A program made the position numbers and the translations under genes. Below the pieces are notes generated by a model, which was given only the letters and a program-made list of their open reading frames with translations, did not search any database and was not told where the DNA came from. This document shows, piece by piece, positions 1-10,016 of a DNA stretch of 64,000 nucleotides. Positions within the stretch are counted from its first letter, which is position 1. The number at the start of each line of letters is the position of its first letter. The DNA lies in contig CAWGMQ010000006.1 of assembly GCA_963823665.1 (NCBI GenBank), positions 1,408,001 to 1,472,000 on the forward strand. Reading direction: 5' to 3'. The stretch is from an uncultured Planctomycetota bacterium. Lineage in GTDB: Bacteria > Planctomycetota > Planctomycetia > Isosphaerales > Isosphaeraceae.

Positions 1-795
1 ACCGCTCAACTGGGCCTGCTCGGGACTCATGTACATCGGCGTGCCGACGATCTGCGCGAAGCCGGTAAAGAGCGTCTTCTCCGTGAGCTGCTGCCCGAGT
101 GCCTTGGCGATGCCGAAGTCGATCACCTTCACGACCGGCAAGCCGTCGTGCAGCGTCACCATGACGTTCGAGGGTTTCAAGTCCCGGTGAATGATGCCCT
201 TGTGGTGCGCGTGCTGCACGGCATGGCAGACGTGTCTGAAGAGCACCAGCCGCTCCTGGGTGGGCAGGCGGTTCTGATCGCAGTAGTCGGTGATCGGCAC
301 ACCCTTGACCAACTCCATAACGAAGTGAGGACGGTTCGAACCAGTCTCACCGGCGTCGAGCACCCTGGCGATGTTGGGATGATCCATGAGTGCCAGGGCC
401 TGGCGCTCGGCCTCGAAGCGGGCAATCACCTGCCGGGTGTCCATGCCCGGCTTGAGGATTTTCAGGGCCACCTTGCGGCGGACCGGCTGCTGCTGCTCGG
501 CCATGAACACCAGGCCGAAGCCCCCTTCGCCAATCTGTTCCAGGAGCTTGTAGGGACCGATGATCGTGCCGGGGCATTCGGCAATCGGCGCTTCAACGGA
601 AGGAACGTGGCCGACCGGGGACGATTCCAGGAAGCTTCTCTCCTCTTCGTAGATTCGCAGCAGTTCCAGGAGCCGGTGCATGGCCGCTGGATCGTGGCCG
701 CAGGCCTCTTGAAGGTAGGCGGCGCGCTCTTCCGGCGCGGCGATGTGCCGGGCACGGTTGAAAATCTCTTTTTCCTCGAGAAGCTTGTGTCCCAT
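1..795 (-). CDS. Ser/Thr protein kinase, N-terminal part (runs off window edge)
   Basis: Not in ORF track. Manual translation from ATG 795 gives [33 protein letters not shown]...[23 protein letters not shown]...VALK...HRDLKPSN...DFGIAK. Near-identical to the kinases starting at 18110 and 28004. Confidence 0.95.
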   Translation of the reverse strand, partial: MGHKLLEEKEIFNRARHIAAPEERAAYLQEACGHDPAAMHRLLELLRIYEEERSFLESSPVGHVPSVEAPIAECPGTIIGPYKLLEQIGEGGFGLVFMAEQQQPVRRKVALKILKPGMDTRQVIARFEAERQALALMDHPNIARVLDAGETGSNRPHFVMELVKGVPITDYCDQNRLPTQERLVLFRHVCHAVQHAHHKGIIHRDLKPSNVMVTLHDGLPVVKVIDFGIAKALGQQLTEKTLFTGFAQIVGTPMYMSPEQAQLSG

Positions 796-812
796 GGTTC
801 ATCCCTCTATCA

Positions 813-844
813 ATCAAGGCGGAATCCGCGCCTGGCTCCCCTAA
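813..844 (-). promoter_or_regulatory. Conserved kinase-upstream element, copy 1 (candidate ECF promoter)
   Basis: TTAGGGGAGCCAGGCGCGGATTCCGCCTTGAT; 31/32 identical to the copies at 18128-18159 and 28022-28053, at the same distance from the ATG. Confidence 0.65.
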
Positions 845-938
845 GTTTATGGGTAAAATAACTGGCGCAGGCAGCGATTTCAAATCAGCCGCCACCATGA
901 GCCGATCTGCGATATAATGCCGGTGCAGGTTCCCCGGC

Positions 939-954
939 GCAGGCCGAGCGCCAG
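939..954 (-). promoter_or_regulatory. sigma54-like -24/-12 motif
   Basis: CTGGCGCTCGGCCTGC (GG-N10-GC); 15/16 identical to 13833-13848. Confidence 0.5.
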
Positions 955-1025
955 GGGCCGGACAACTCGGTACCTCTTCTGTCTGGGGGGCGAGGATTTA
1001 CCGCTCGTCGCCTGACCCTCCCCGG

Positions 1026-4000
1026 TTACACCAGAGTCCGCTTCGTCAGCTCGCGCGGACGCACCATGCTGGCCAGGAAGTCGGGATCGCCGCTGTAGAC
1101 GATCACGAGCGACTGGTTCACGACCGCGTTGGGCTTGAACGTCAACGTCGCCGCACCTCCCGTGACGGCCGCAGTTCCCAGCGTCTTCACCTGGGTCTTC
1201 TTCCCGTGCTTCTTGACGAACTCGAACGTCACCTGGCCCGTTGGCACGCCCACGCCTGGGGCCACCGGCTCGACTTCCGCGGTCAGCTCGATCCCCGTCA
1301 GCGTCTTCTTCCCTTTCATGACCGGGCGCGGCACGAGTACGATCGACGTGGCTGCTTGGGCGACCGTCTCGGTGGTTGGGCTCGACGACTTGCCCAGGAA
1401 GTCGGCGGCGCCGTTGTACGTCGCCGTGATCGCGTGGGAGCCCACGACCAGGCTGGCGAGGCTGAGCGCGGCCTGACGGGAACCGTTGAGTGCAACGGTG
1501 GCCAGTGGACTGGCGCCGTCGAAGAACGTGACCGTACCGCTGGGTATCCCGACGGACGAGGTCACGGTCGCCGTGAAGGTGACGGCCTGTCCATAGACGG
1601 CGGTACTTGCTGAGGACGACAGTGCGATCGTCGCGGGGCTCGGTGAGATCACGAAGGTCGTGGGCGTGGACTGGATCGCGGCATAATCGGCGCTGCCGGG
1701 GAAGCTGGCCACCACCGTGTAGGTCCCGGCAGCGGACGGCGCCGCCGCGCCCAGTGCCGTGCCCGAAGTCTCCGATCCGACGTAATAAGTGAGCGTCGGG
1801 GCAACACCCTCCAGGCTGGCGGCCGCCGCGCCGCTCGCGCCGATCACCATCGCCTTGGCCGCGATCGACGAGCCGGTGTAGACCCTGTCCGGAGCGTTCA
1901 CGTTCAGCGTCGGCGTCGCCGGGGTGATCGTCAGGGTGCTGCCGGTGAAGTGGATCGCGTAGTTGCCGCCGGCCGTCAGAGTTCCCTGGCCGATCGCGTA
2001 GGGACTGCCCGAGACCGTCTCGCCGGCCGCCCGCGCCAGCGAGCCGGTGAGCACCGTCGCGGCCGTATCCGAGAACTGGAAGCCGCTGCAAGTATAGGCC
2101 AACGTCGGGTCCGCCGAGCCGAAGACCTTGGTCACTTGATCGGCCACGATCGTCATCGTCGCTGGGGTGATGTAGAGCGCACTGCCGGTGAAGTGAATCG
2201 TGTAGTTGCTGTTGGCCGCAAGAGTCCCCTGGGTGATCGCGTAGGGTCCGCCGGATACCGTCTCGCCGGCAGCGCGCACGAGATGTCCAGTCAGCACCGT
2301 CCCCGCCGTGTCGGCGATCGTGACGCCGTCGCCCGTCGTGTTGATCAAGCCTGTCGCGGTGTAAGTCAGGCTGGGATCGGCCGAGCCGTAGACCTTGGTC
2401 TGGGGATTGGCGGTGACGGTCAGAGATGCGGGGTTGATCGTGAGCGTGCTCGGGGTGAAATCGATTGTGTAGTTGCTGTTCGTCGCGAGCGTGCCCTGGG
2501 TGATCGCGTCATCGCCCACCTGCTCTCCGGCCAGCGAGCCTGCTTGAGCCCGGACGAGGGCCCCGCTCAGGTTCGTCGCGGCTGTGTCGTCGATCGTCAC
2601 GCCGTCCACGGTCGTGTTCACCAGACCCGTCGCGGTGACCGTCAAGGCGGGGTCGGCAGTACCGTAGACTTTGGACTGCGCATTGGCGGTGACGGTTAAC
2701 GAGGCCGGGGTGATCGTCAGCGTGCTGCCGGTGAACTGGATTGTGTAATTGCCATCGGCGGCCAGCGTGCCTTGGGCAATCGCATAGCCGCCGGCCTGTT
2801 CGCCAGCAAGGGTGCCCGCCTGGGCGCGGGCCAGGCTACCGGTCAAGACCGAGGCAGCAGTGTCGTCGATCGTCACGCCGTCGACCGTCGTGTCGACCAG
2901 CTCCGTCACGCCGTCGGTCAAGCTGGGGTCGCTCGTGCCATAGACCTTGGTCTGGGCACCGGCGGTGATGGTCAGGGTGGCTGGCGTGATGGTCAGGCTA
3001 CTGCCGGTGAAGCTCATCCTGTAGTTGCCATCGGCGGTGAGCGTACCCTGGGCGATCGTATCGCTACCGACCTGCTCTCCCACCAGGGTCCCCGCCCGCG
3101 CCGGCGAGCCGCTGAGCGCCGTCGCGACCGTATCGTCGATCGCGACGCCGTCCACGGTCGCGTCGACGAGCCCCACCGGCGTGACGGTCAGGGTGGGGTC
3201 GGCCGTACCATAGACCTTGGTCTGGGGATTGGCGTCGACGGTCAAAGTCGCCGGGTTGATCGTCAGCGTGTTGCCGGTGAAGCTGATCGAGTAGTTGCTG
3301 TCGGCGGCGAGCGTCCCCTGGGTGATGACAAAGCCGCCGGCCTGCTCGCCGGCCAGGGTGCTCGCCTGCGCCCGGACGAGCGACCCGGTCAGGACCGTCC
3401 GGGCCGTATCAGTGAACTGGAAGCCGCTGGCGGTGTAGGCCAGCGCCGGATCGGCGGTACCGTAGACCTTGGTCTCGCGGTCCGCCGTGATGGTGAGCGC
3501 CGCCGCGGTGATTGTCAGGCTGCTGCTCGTGCTGGCGGAGGCGAAGGTCCCGTCGCTGGTGTAAGCATAGTTGACCGTGTCGGGCGAGCCGGCCACGGCG
3601 AGGCCGGCGGTGTCGAAGGTGGTGGAGAAGGCGCCGCTGGACCCGATGGTGGCCGACTGCCGGACGCCGCCCAGCGTCACGGCGACGCTCTCGCCCACCG
3701 GGGCCTTTGAGCTGTTGGCCAGCGTCCCGGAGACGGTCACGCTGGCGGTGCCGTAGGTGATGCTCGGGTCGCTGATTCCGGAGAAGGTCAGCGGGATGAG
3801 GGAAGCGTCGTTGGTCAGGGCGAAGTCGGCCGTCGCGTTGTTGCCGCCGGCCGAGGCCGTGACGGTGTAGGAACCCGGCGAGGAGTTCGCCGTGGCGGTG
3901 ACCGAGGCGACCCCATCGGAGCCGATGGTCGCGGAGGTGGCGGAGAGATTCGCCGAGGGGCCGCTGGCAGGTGCCGTGAAGGTCAAAACACCGCCGGCCA

Positions 4001-7000
4001 CGGGCTCGACGGGATTGTTGGCCGTGACGGTGACAGCCAACGGATTGGCGAACGCACTACCCACCGTCGTGGACTGCACAGTGCTGCCCGGCGATGGCGT
4101 GAGCGTGAACCCCTGGCTCTGGAAGGCGCCGAAGTCAGGGTTGGGCGTGTGGAGGGGCTCGCCCCGCTGATCGGTGGTGACGCCGCTGACGGCGATGCCC
4201 GCGCCGATGGCGGCGCTGCCGGGGAGCAGGGCCATGGTTTGGGTCGGACCGCCGTAGTTGCCCAGCGGGGCCAGGCCCAGGTCGGCGAGGCTGGTCAAGA
4301 CGATGTTCCCGTCGACCCCATTGACCAGCCCCCCCGAGCCGCCGGGGCCGACCAGGTTGGCGCGGCCCGAGACGTGGGAGTCGCCGCCGATGTCGCCGGC
4401 GCCGGAGGAATTGGTGTTGCCGGCAACGATGGCGTCGGTCAGGGTGGCCGTGCCGTCATTCTCCAGGCCGCCGCCGGAGCTGGCGGAGTTGGCGCTGAGC
4501 GTGCAGACTGTCAGAGTGGCCGTGCCGTCATTCTCCAGGCCGCCGCCGTCGTCGCTGCTGGCGGAGTTGCCGCTGAGCGTGCAGTCGGTCAGAGTCAGGG
4601 TGGCCGTGTCGTCATTGTCCAGGCCGCCGCCGGAGCTCGCGGAGTTGCCGCTCACGGTGCAGTCGGTGAGCGTCGCCGTGCCGAGGTTCTCCAGACCGCC
4701 GCCATTGCCGGAGGTCGAGCCGCCGGTGATGGTCAGGCCGGAGAGCGCAGCGGTCACACCACTGTCGACCTGGAAGACGCGGCTGTTCCCGCCGCCGCTG
4801 ATGGTCACCCCCGCCGCCGGCCCGGTGATCGTCTCGGTCCCGCCGCCATTGCTGAGCTCGAGCTGGCCGCCTGTCAGCGTGATCGTCTGCGGGCTGGCGA
4901 AGACGGTGGGGTCGAAGCGGATCGAATGGGCCCCCGTCAAGACGTTGGCCAGGTTGACCGCCTGGCCCAGACTCAGGTCGCCGGCCGGCGACGCGGTGCC
5001 GTCGCTGGTGATGTTGACCACCAGCTCGGGCTGGGACTGGAAGGCGCCGATGTCGGGTTGGGGGGAGTCGAGCGGGAAGCCGCGCTGATCGGTGGTGAGG
5101 CCGCTGACGGCGATGCCCGCGCCGATGGCGGCGCTGCCGGGGAGCAGGGCCATGGTCTGCGTCGGACCGCCGTAGTTGCCCAGCGGGGCCAGCCCCAGAT
5201 CGGCGAGGCTGGTCAAGACGATGTTGCCATCGACGCCATTGGACAGACCCCCCGAGCCGCCGGTGCCGATCAGGTTATAGCTGCCCGAGACGTTACTGTC
5301 ACCGCCGATGTCGCTGGCGCCGGAGGGATTGGTGTTGCCGGCGACGATGGTGTCGATCAGGGTGGCCGTGTTGCGATTGTACACGCCGCCGCCGCCGGAG
5401 CCAGCGTAGTTGCCGCTGATCGTGCAGCCGGTCAGAGTCAGGTTGCACGGGTAAAAATTGGCAAAATTGTACACGCCGCCGCCGTTGAGCAAGGCGGAGT
5501 TGCCGCTGACGGTGCAGTCGGCCAGGCTCAAGTCCGCCATGCCGTGATTGTCCAGGCCGCCGCCGAAGTTGGCGGAGTTGCCGCTGATCGTGCAGCCGGT
5601 CAGGGTCAAGTTGGCCAACCCGTAATTATTGAACACGCCGCGATTGTATACGCCGCCGCCGTACTTGGCGGAGTTGCCGCTGACGCTGCAGTCGGCCAGG
5701 GTCACAGATGCCCTGTTGTTTTCCAGGCCGCCGCCTCCGACGTAGGCGGAGTTGCCGCTGACGGTGCAGTCGGTCAGGGTCAGGTTGGCCGTGCCGTAAT
5801 TGTACAGGCCGCCGCCGTCGGCGGCGGAGTTGCCGCTGACGGTGCAGTCGGTCAGGGTCAGGTTGGCCATGCCGTAACTGTACAGGCCGCCGCCCAGGCC
5901 GGCGGAGTTGCTGCTGATCGTGCAGCCGGTGAGCGTCGCCGTACCCAGGTTATCCACACCGCCGCCGCTCGAGCCGGCGAAGTTGCCGCTGATCGTGCAG
6001 CCGGTGATCGTCGCCGTGCCGAGGTTCTCCAGTCCGCCGCCATTCCCCGAGGTCGAGCCGCCGGAGATGGTCAGGCCGGTGAGCGCGGCGGTCACACCGC
6101 TGTCGACCTGGAAGACGCGGCTGTTGCCGCCGCCGCTGATGGTCACGCCCCCGGCCGGGCCGGCGATCGTCTCGGTCACGCCAGTATTGCTCAGCTCGAG
6201 CTGACCGCCCGTCAGCGTGATCGTCTGCGGGCTGGCGAAGACGCTGGCGTCGAAGCTGATCGACTGGGCGCCCGTCAAGACGTTGGCCAGGTTGACCGCC
6301 TGGCGCAGGCTCAAGTCGCCGGAGAGCGACTCGATGCCGTCGCTGGTCGTGTTGACGACGAGCGCGGGCTGGGTCTGGAAGGCGCCGATGTCGGGATTGG
6401 AGGCGTCGAGCGGGAAGCCGCGCTGATCGGCGGTGACGCCGCTGACGGCGATGCCCGCGCCGATGGCCGGGCTGCCGGGAAGCAGGGCCATGGTTTGGGT
6501 CGGCCCGCCAAAGTTGCCCAGCGGGGCCAGGGCCAATTCGGTGAGGCTGGTCAGGATGATGTTGCCGTCGACCCCATTGACCAGCCCCCCGGAGCCGCCG
6601 GTGCCGACCAGGTTGGCGCTGCCTGAGACGTCGCGGGCCCCGCCGATGTCGCTGGCGCCGGAGGGATTGGTGTTGCCGGCGACGATGGTGTCGGTCAGTT
6701 TGGCCTTGCCGTGATTGTACACGCCGCCGACGCTGCCGCCGGGGCCAGCGGGGTCGCCGCTGGCGGAGTTGCCGCTGACCGTGGCGGCGGTCAGCGTGGC
6801 CGTGCCGGCATTCTCGAGGCCACCGCCGGAGACAGCAGAGTTGCCGCTGATCGTGCAGTCGGTCAAGTTGGCCGTGCCGAGGGTGGCCGCGCCGGCATTC
6901 TCCAGGCCGCCGCCGAAGCTGGCGGAGTTGCCGCTGATGGTGCAGTCGGTCAGGCTCACGGTGGCCGTGCTGGAATTGTCCAGGCCGCCGCCGAAGCCGG

Positions 7001-9821
7001 CGGAGTTGCCGCTGAGGGTGCAATCGGTCAGAGTGGCCGTGCCCTGATTGTACAGGCCGCCGCCAACCGACGAGGTCGAGCCGCCGGTGATGGTCACCCC
7101 GGAGAGCGCGGCGGTCACACCACCGTCGACCTGGAAGACCCGGCTGCTTCCGCCGCCGCTGATGGTCACGCCCCCAGCCGGGCCGACGATCGTCTCGGTC
7201 CCGCCGGTATTGCTCAGCTCGAGCTGACCACCCGTCAGCGTGATCGTCTGCGGGTTGGCGAAGACGGTGGGGTCGAAGCGGATTGACTGGGCCCCCGTCA
7301 AGACGTTGGCCAGGTTGACCGCCTGGCGCAGATTCAGATCGCCGGCCGGCGACTCGATGCCGTCGCTGGTCGTGTTGACGACGAGCGCGGGCTGGGTCTG
7401 GAAGGCGCCGATGTCGGGATTAGGGGAGTCGAGCGGGAAGCCGCGCTGATCGGTGGTGACGCCGCTCGCCGCGATGCCCGCGCCGATGGCGGCGCTGCCG
7501 GGGAGCAGGGCCATGGTCTGAGTCGGCCCACCGTAATCGCCCAGCGGGGCCAGGCCCAATTCGGTGAGGCTGGTCAGGACGATGTTGCCGTCGACTCCGT
7601 TGACCAGCCCCCCCGAGCCACCGGTGCCGAGCAGGTTGTCGCTGCCCGAGACGTTGCCACCGGCGATATCGCTGGCGCCGGAGGGATCGGTGTTGCCGGC
7701 GATGATGGTATCGGTCAGGTTGGCCGCGCCCTCATTGAACAGGCCGCCGCTGGAGTACTTGCCGCTGGCGGAGTTGCCGCTGACGGTGCATGCGGTCAGG
7801 TTGGCCGTGCCGCGAATGTACATGCCGCCGGCGTCATAAGCGGAGTTGCCGCTGACCGTGCAGTCGGTCAGGGTAGCTGTACCGTAGCCGTTTAGCAGGC
7901 CGCCGCCGCCGCTGGCGGAGTTGCCGCTGACGGTGCAGTCGGTCAAGTCGGCCGTGCCCTGATTGTACACGCCGCCGCCGTGGTTGGCGGAGTTGTCGCT
8001 GAGCGTGCAGTCGGTCCCAGTCAGGTAGGCCGTGCCGTCGTTCTCCAAGCCGCCTCCGCCCAAGACGGCGGAGTTGCTGCTGACCGTGCAGCCGGTGAGA
8101 GTGGCCATGCCGGAATTCTCCAGGCCGCCGCCGCCGGAGTTCGCGTGGTAGCGGCCGCTGCCGGAGTTGGCGGAGTTACCGCTCAAGGTGCAGTCGGTGA
8201 GTGTCGCCGTACCCTGGTTATCCACCCCGCCGCCGCCGCCCGCGGAGTTGCCGCTGAGCGTACAGCCGGTGAGGGTCGCCATACCCTGGTTATCCACCCC
8301 GCCGCCGCCGGAGCTGGCAGAGTTGCCGCTCAAGGTGCAGTCGGTGAGCCTCGCCGTACCCTGGTTATCCACCCCGCCGCCGTTGCTCGCGGAGTTGCCG
8401 CTGATCGTGCAACCCGTGAGCGTCGCCGTGCCGAGGTTCTCCAGGCCGCCGCCAGACCCCGAGGTCGCGCCGCCGCTGATGGTCAGGCCGGAGAGCGCGA
8501 CGGTCACACCACTGTCGACCTGGAAGACGCGGCTGTTCCCCCCGCCGCTGATGGTCACGCCCGCGGCCGCGCCGGTAATCGTCACCGCCCTGCTGGTATC
8601 GCTCAGCTCGAGCTGCCCAGACGTCAGGGCAATCGTCTGAGCGGTCGCGAAGACGTTTGGATCGAAGGTGATGGTTTGGGGCCCGCCCAGGAAGTTGAAC
8701 AGGCCGACGGCCTGGCGCAGGCTCAGCTCGCCCGGCGGCGAGAGGATGCCGTAGCTCGAATCCACGGTCGTGTTGACCACCAGCTCGGCCTGGGACTGGA
8801 AGGCGCCGATGTCGGGTTTGGGGGAGTCGAGCGGGAAGCCGCGCTGATCGGTGCCGACGCCGATCACCACGATGCCCGCGCCTAAGGCAAGGCTGCCAGG
8901 AAGCAGGGCCATGGTCTGGGTCGGACCGCCGTAGTTGCCCAGCGGGGCCAGGCCCAATCCGGTGAGGCTGGTCAAGACGATGTTGCCCTTGACTCCAGGG
9001 ACCAGCCCGCCCGAGCCGCCGGGGCCGATGAGGTTGTTGCTGCCGAGGACGTGGTTGGGACCGCCGATTGTCGTGATGTCGCTGGCGCCGGAGGGATTGG
9101 TGTTGCCGGCGACGATGGTGTCGGTCAAGTTGGCCGTGTCGAAATCGTACAGGCCGCCGCCTTTCCCGGCGGAGTTGCCGCTGAGCGTGCAGGCGGTCAG
9201 GGTGGCCGCGTCGTGATTGAACACGCCGCCCCCGGTGCCGGCGGAGTTGCCGCTGAGCGTGCAGTCTCTCAGAGTGGCCGTGCCGGTATTGTCCAGGCCG
9301 CCGCCTCCATCGGCGGCGGAGTTGCCGCTCAGGGTGCAGTCGGACAGGAAGGCCGAACCGTAATTGAACACACCGCCGCCACTGCCCGAAGTCGAGCCGC
9401 CGGAGATGGTCAGGCCGGAGAGCGAGGCGGTCACCCCCTTGTCCACCTGGAAGACGCGGCTGTTCCCGCCGCCGCTGATGGTCACGCCCGCGGCCGGCCC
9501 TGTGATCGTCTGCGTCCCCCCGGTTTCTTGCAGCTCGAGCTGGCTGCCGCTCAGCGTGATCGTCTGGGGCGTGCCGAAGACGGTCGAATCGAAGACGATC
9601 GTATTCGCCTGGTCATTGGCGTTGGCCTGGTTGATGCAGTACCGGAGGTCGCCCGAGCCGTTTGAACCGCTCCCGGCATCCCCCAGGCTGTTGACGGTGA
9701 ACGTGGTCAGCACGACGCGGCCCTCGAGGACCTCCAGGACCGGGCGGCGGCGGAGGCGGTGATGATGAACCGCGTGGGAGGCGATTGCGAATCGATGACC
9801 AGGTCTGCGACGGCGGGCCAT
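1026..9821 (-). CDS. Giant surface protein (2931 aa): LEPRxLL leader, five CSLREA-like/beta-helix/choice-of-anchor-Q modules, Ig-like domains, six MBG-type repeats, C-terminal Ig-like domains
   Basis: ATG 9821 preceded by GAAAGGTGA; Arg-rich leader then LEVLEGRVVLT; 5x GPTQTMALLPGS...DQRG...D(I/F)GAFQ; GGG/SGN beta-helix repeats; 6x (T/S)KV(Y/F)G.ADP-type repeats. Confidence 0.92.
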   Translation of the reverse strand: MARRRRPGHRFAIASHAVHHHRLRRRPVLEVLEGRVVLTTFTVNSLGDAGSGSNGSGDLRYCINQANANDQANTIVFDSTVFGTPQTITLSGSQLELQETGGTQTITGPAAGVTISGGGNSRVFQVDKGVTASLSGLTISGGSTSGSGGGVFNYGSAFLSDCTLSGNSAADGGGGLDNTGTATLRDCTLSGNSAGTGGGVFNHDAATLTACTLSGNSAGKGGGLYDFDTANLTDTIVAGNTNPSGASDITTIGGPNHVLGSNNLIGPGGSGGLVPGVKGNIVLTSLTGLGLAPLGNYGGPTQTMALLPGSLALGAGIVVIGVGTDQRGFPLDSPKPDIGAFQSQAELVVNTTVDSSYGILSPPGELSLRQAVGLFNFLGGPQTITFDPNVFATAQTIALTSGQLELSDTSRAVTITGAAAGVTISGGGNSRVFQVDSGVTVALSGLTISGGATSGSGGGLENLGTATLTGCTISGNSASNGGGVDNQGTARLTDCTLSGNSASSGGGGVDNQGMATLTGCTLSGNSAGGGGGVDNQGTATLTDCTLSGNSANSGSGRYHANSGGGGLENSGMATLTGCTVSSNSAVLGGGGLENDGTAYLTGTDCTLSDNSANHGGGVYNQGTADLTDCTVSGNSASGGGGLLNGYGTATLTDCTVSGNSAYDAGGMYIRGTANLTACTVSGNSASGKYSSGGLFNEGAANLTDTIIAGNTDPSGASDIAGGNVSGSDNLLGTGGSGGLVNGVDGNIVLTSLTELGLAPLGDYGGPTQTMALLPGSAAIGAGIAASGVTTDQRGFPLDSPNPDIGAFQTQPALVVNTTSDGIESPAGDLNLRQAVNLANVLTGAQSIRFDPTVFANPQTITLTGGQLELSNTGGTETIVGPAGGVTISGGGSSRVFQVDGGVTAALSGVTITGGSTSSVGGGLYNQGTATLTDCTLSGNSAGFGGGLDNSSTATVSLTDCTISGNSASFGGGLENAGAATLGTANLTDCTISGNSAVSGGGLENAGTATLTAATVSGNSASGDPAGPGGSVGGVYNHGKAKLTDTIVAGNTNPSGASDIGGARDVSGSANLVGTGGSGGLVNGVDGNIILTSLTELALAPLGNFGGPTQTMALLPGSPAIGAGIAVSGVTADQRGFPLDASNPDIGAFQTQPALVVNTTSDGIESLSGDLSLRQAVNLANVLTGAQSISFDASVFASPQTITLTGGQLELSNTGVTETIAGPAGGVTISGGGNSRVFQVDSGVTAALTGLTISGGSTSGNGGGLENLGTATITGCTISGNFAGSSGGGVDNLGTATLTGCTISSNSAGLGGGLYSYGMANLTLTDCTVSGNSAADGGGLYNYGTANLTLTDCTVSGNSAYVGGGGLENNRASVTLADCSVSGNSAKYGGGVYNRGVFNNYGLANLTLTGCTISGNSANFGGGLDNHGMADLSLADCTVSGNSALLNGGGVYNFANFYPCNLTLTGCTISGNYAGSGGGGVYNRNTATLIDTIVAGNTNPSGASDIGGDSNVSGSYNLIGTGGSGGLSNGVDGNIVLTSLADLGLAPLGNYGGPTQTMALLPGSAAIGAGIAVSGLTTDQRGFPLDSPQPDIGAFQSQPELVVNITSDGTASPAGDLSLGQAVNLANVLTGAHSIRFDPTVFASPQTITLTGGQLELSNGGGTETITGPAAGVTISGGGNSRVFQVDSGVTAALSGLTITGGSTSGNGGGLENLGTATLTDCTVSGNSASSGGGLDNDDTATLTLTDCTLSGNSASSDDGGGLENDGTATLTVCTLSANSASSGGGLENDGTATLTDAIVAGNTNSSGAGDIGGDSHVSGRANLVGPGGSGGLVNGVDGNIVLTSLADLGLAPLGNYGGPTQTMALLPGSAAIGAGIAVSGVTTDQRGEPLHTPNPDFGAFQSQGFTLTPSPGSTVQSTTVGSAFANPLAVTVTANNPVEPVAGGVLTFTAPASGPSANLSATSATIGSDGVASVTATANSSPGSYTVTASAGGNNATADFALTNDASLIPLTFSGISDPSITYGTASVTVSGTLANSSKAPVGESVAVTLGGVRQSATIGSSGAFSTTFDTAGLAVAGSPDTVNYAYTSDGTFASASTSSSLTITAAALTITADRETKVYGTADPALAYTASGFQFTDTARTVLTGSLVRAQASTLAGEQAGGFVITQGTLAADSNYSISFTGNTLTINPATLTVDANPQTKVYGTADPTLTVTPVGLVDATVDGVAIDDTVATALSGSPARAGTLVGEQVGSDTIAQGTLTADGNYRMSFTGSSLTITPATLTITAGAQTKVYGTSDPSLTDGVTELVDTTVDGVTIDDTAASVLTGSLARAQAGTLAGEQAGGYAIAQGTLAADGNYTIQFTGSTLTITPASLTVTANAQSKVYGTADPALTVTATGLVNTTVDGVTIDDTAATNLSGALVRAQAGSLAGEQVGDDAITQGTLATNSNYTIDFTPSTLTINPASLTVTANPQTKVYGSADPSLTYTATGLINTTGDGVTIADTAGTVLTGHLVRAAGETVSGGPYAITQGTLAANSNYTIHFTGSALYITPATMTIVADQVTKVFGSADPTLAYTCSGFQFSDTAATVLTGSLARAAGETVSGSPYAIGQGTLTAGGNYAIHFTGSTLTITPATPTLNVNAPDRVYTGSSIAAKAMVIGASGAAAASLEGVAPTLTYYVGSETSGTALGAAAPSAAGTYTVVASFPGSADYAAIQSTPTTFVISPSPATIALSSSASTAVYGQAVTFTATVTSSVGIPSGTVTFFDGASPLATVALNGSRQAALSLASLVVGSHAITATYNGAADFLGKSSSPTTETVAQAATSIVLVPRPVMKGKKTLTGIELTAEVEPVAPGVGVPTGQVTFEFVKKHGKKTQVKTLGTAAVTGGAATLTFKPNAVVNQSLVIVYSGDPDFLASMVRPRELTKRTLV

Positions 9822-10016
9822 GGAAGTCACCTTTCTCGAGTGAGATGCCCTGCGATACGGTATGATCTGATGCGATGCGGTGCGATTCCCGGAACGCGGG
9901 CACGCACTCCCGACGTCCCCGACCCCGAGAAGGAGCCCCCCAAAGCCTGTGTCAGCATCAAGGCGCGACGGCGTGGGCCGGCTCACAGCCCGGCGATCAC
10001 TTCGTCGCGGCGTTGA

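Noticed and set aside
4149..6626. Long plus-strand ORFs opposite the repeat proteins and kinases (e.g. 825 aa here, 639 aa at 26475-28394, 449 aa at 15079-16428)
   Set aside because: Antisense shadows of GC-rich, repetitive genes; no independent motifs or ribosome-binding sites.
5400..8400. Regularly recurring gcggagttgccgctga repeats resembling a CRISPR array
   Set aside because: They encode SGNSA beta-helix rungs in frame, the spacing sequences are homologous to each other, and no cas genes are present.
9988..10001. 14-bp inverted match to 12607-12620 as a possible invertible-segment boundary
   Set aside because: Short and GC-rich, no recombinase nearby, and the enclosed genes keep the same orientation as the flanks.
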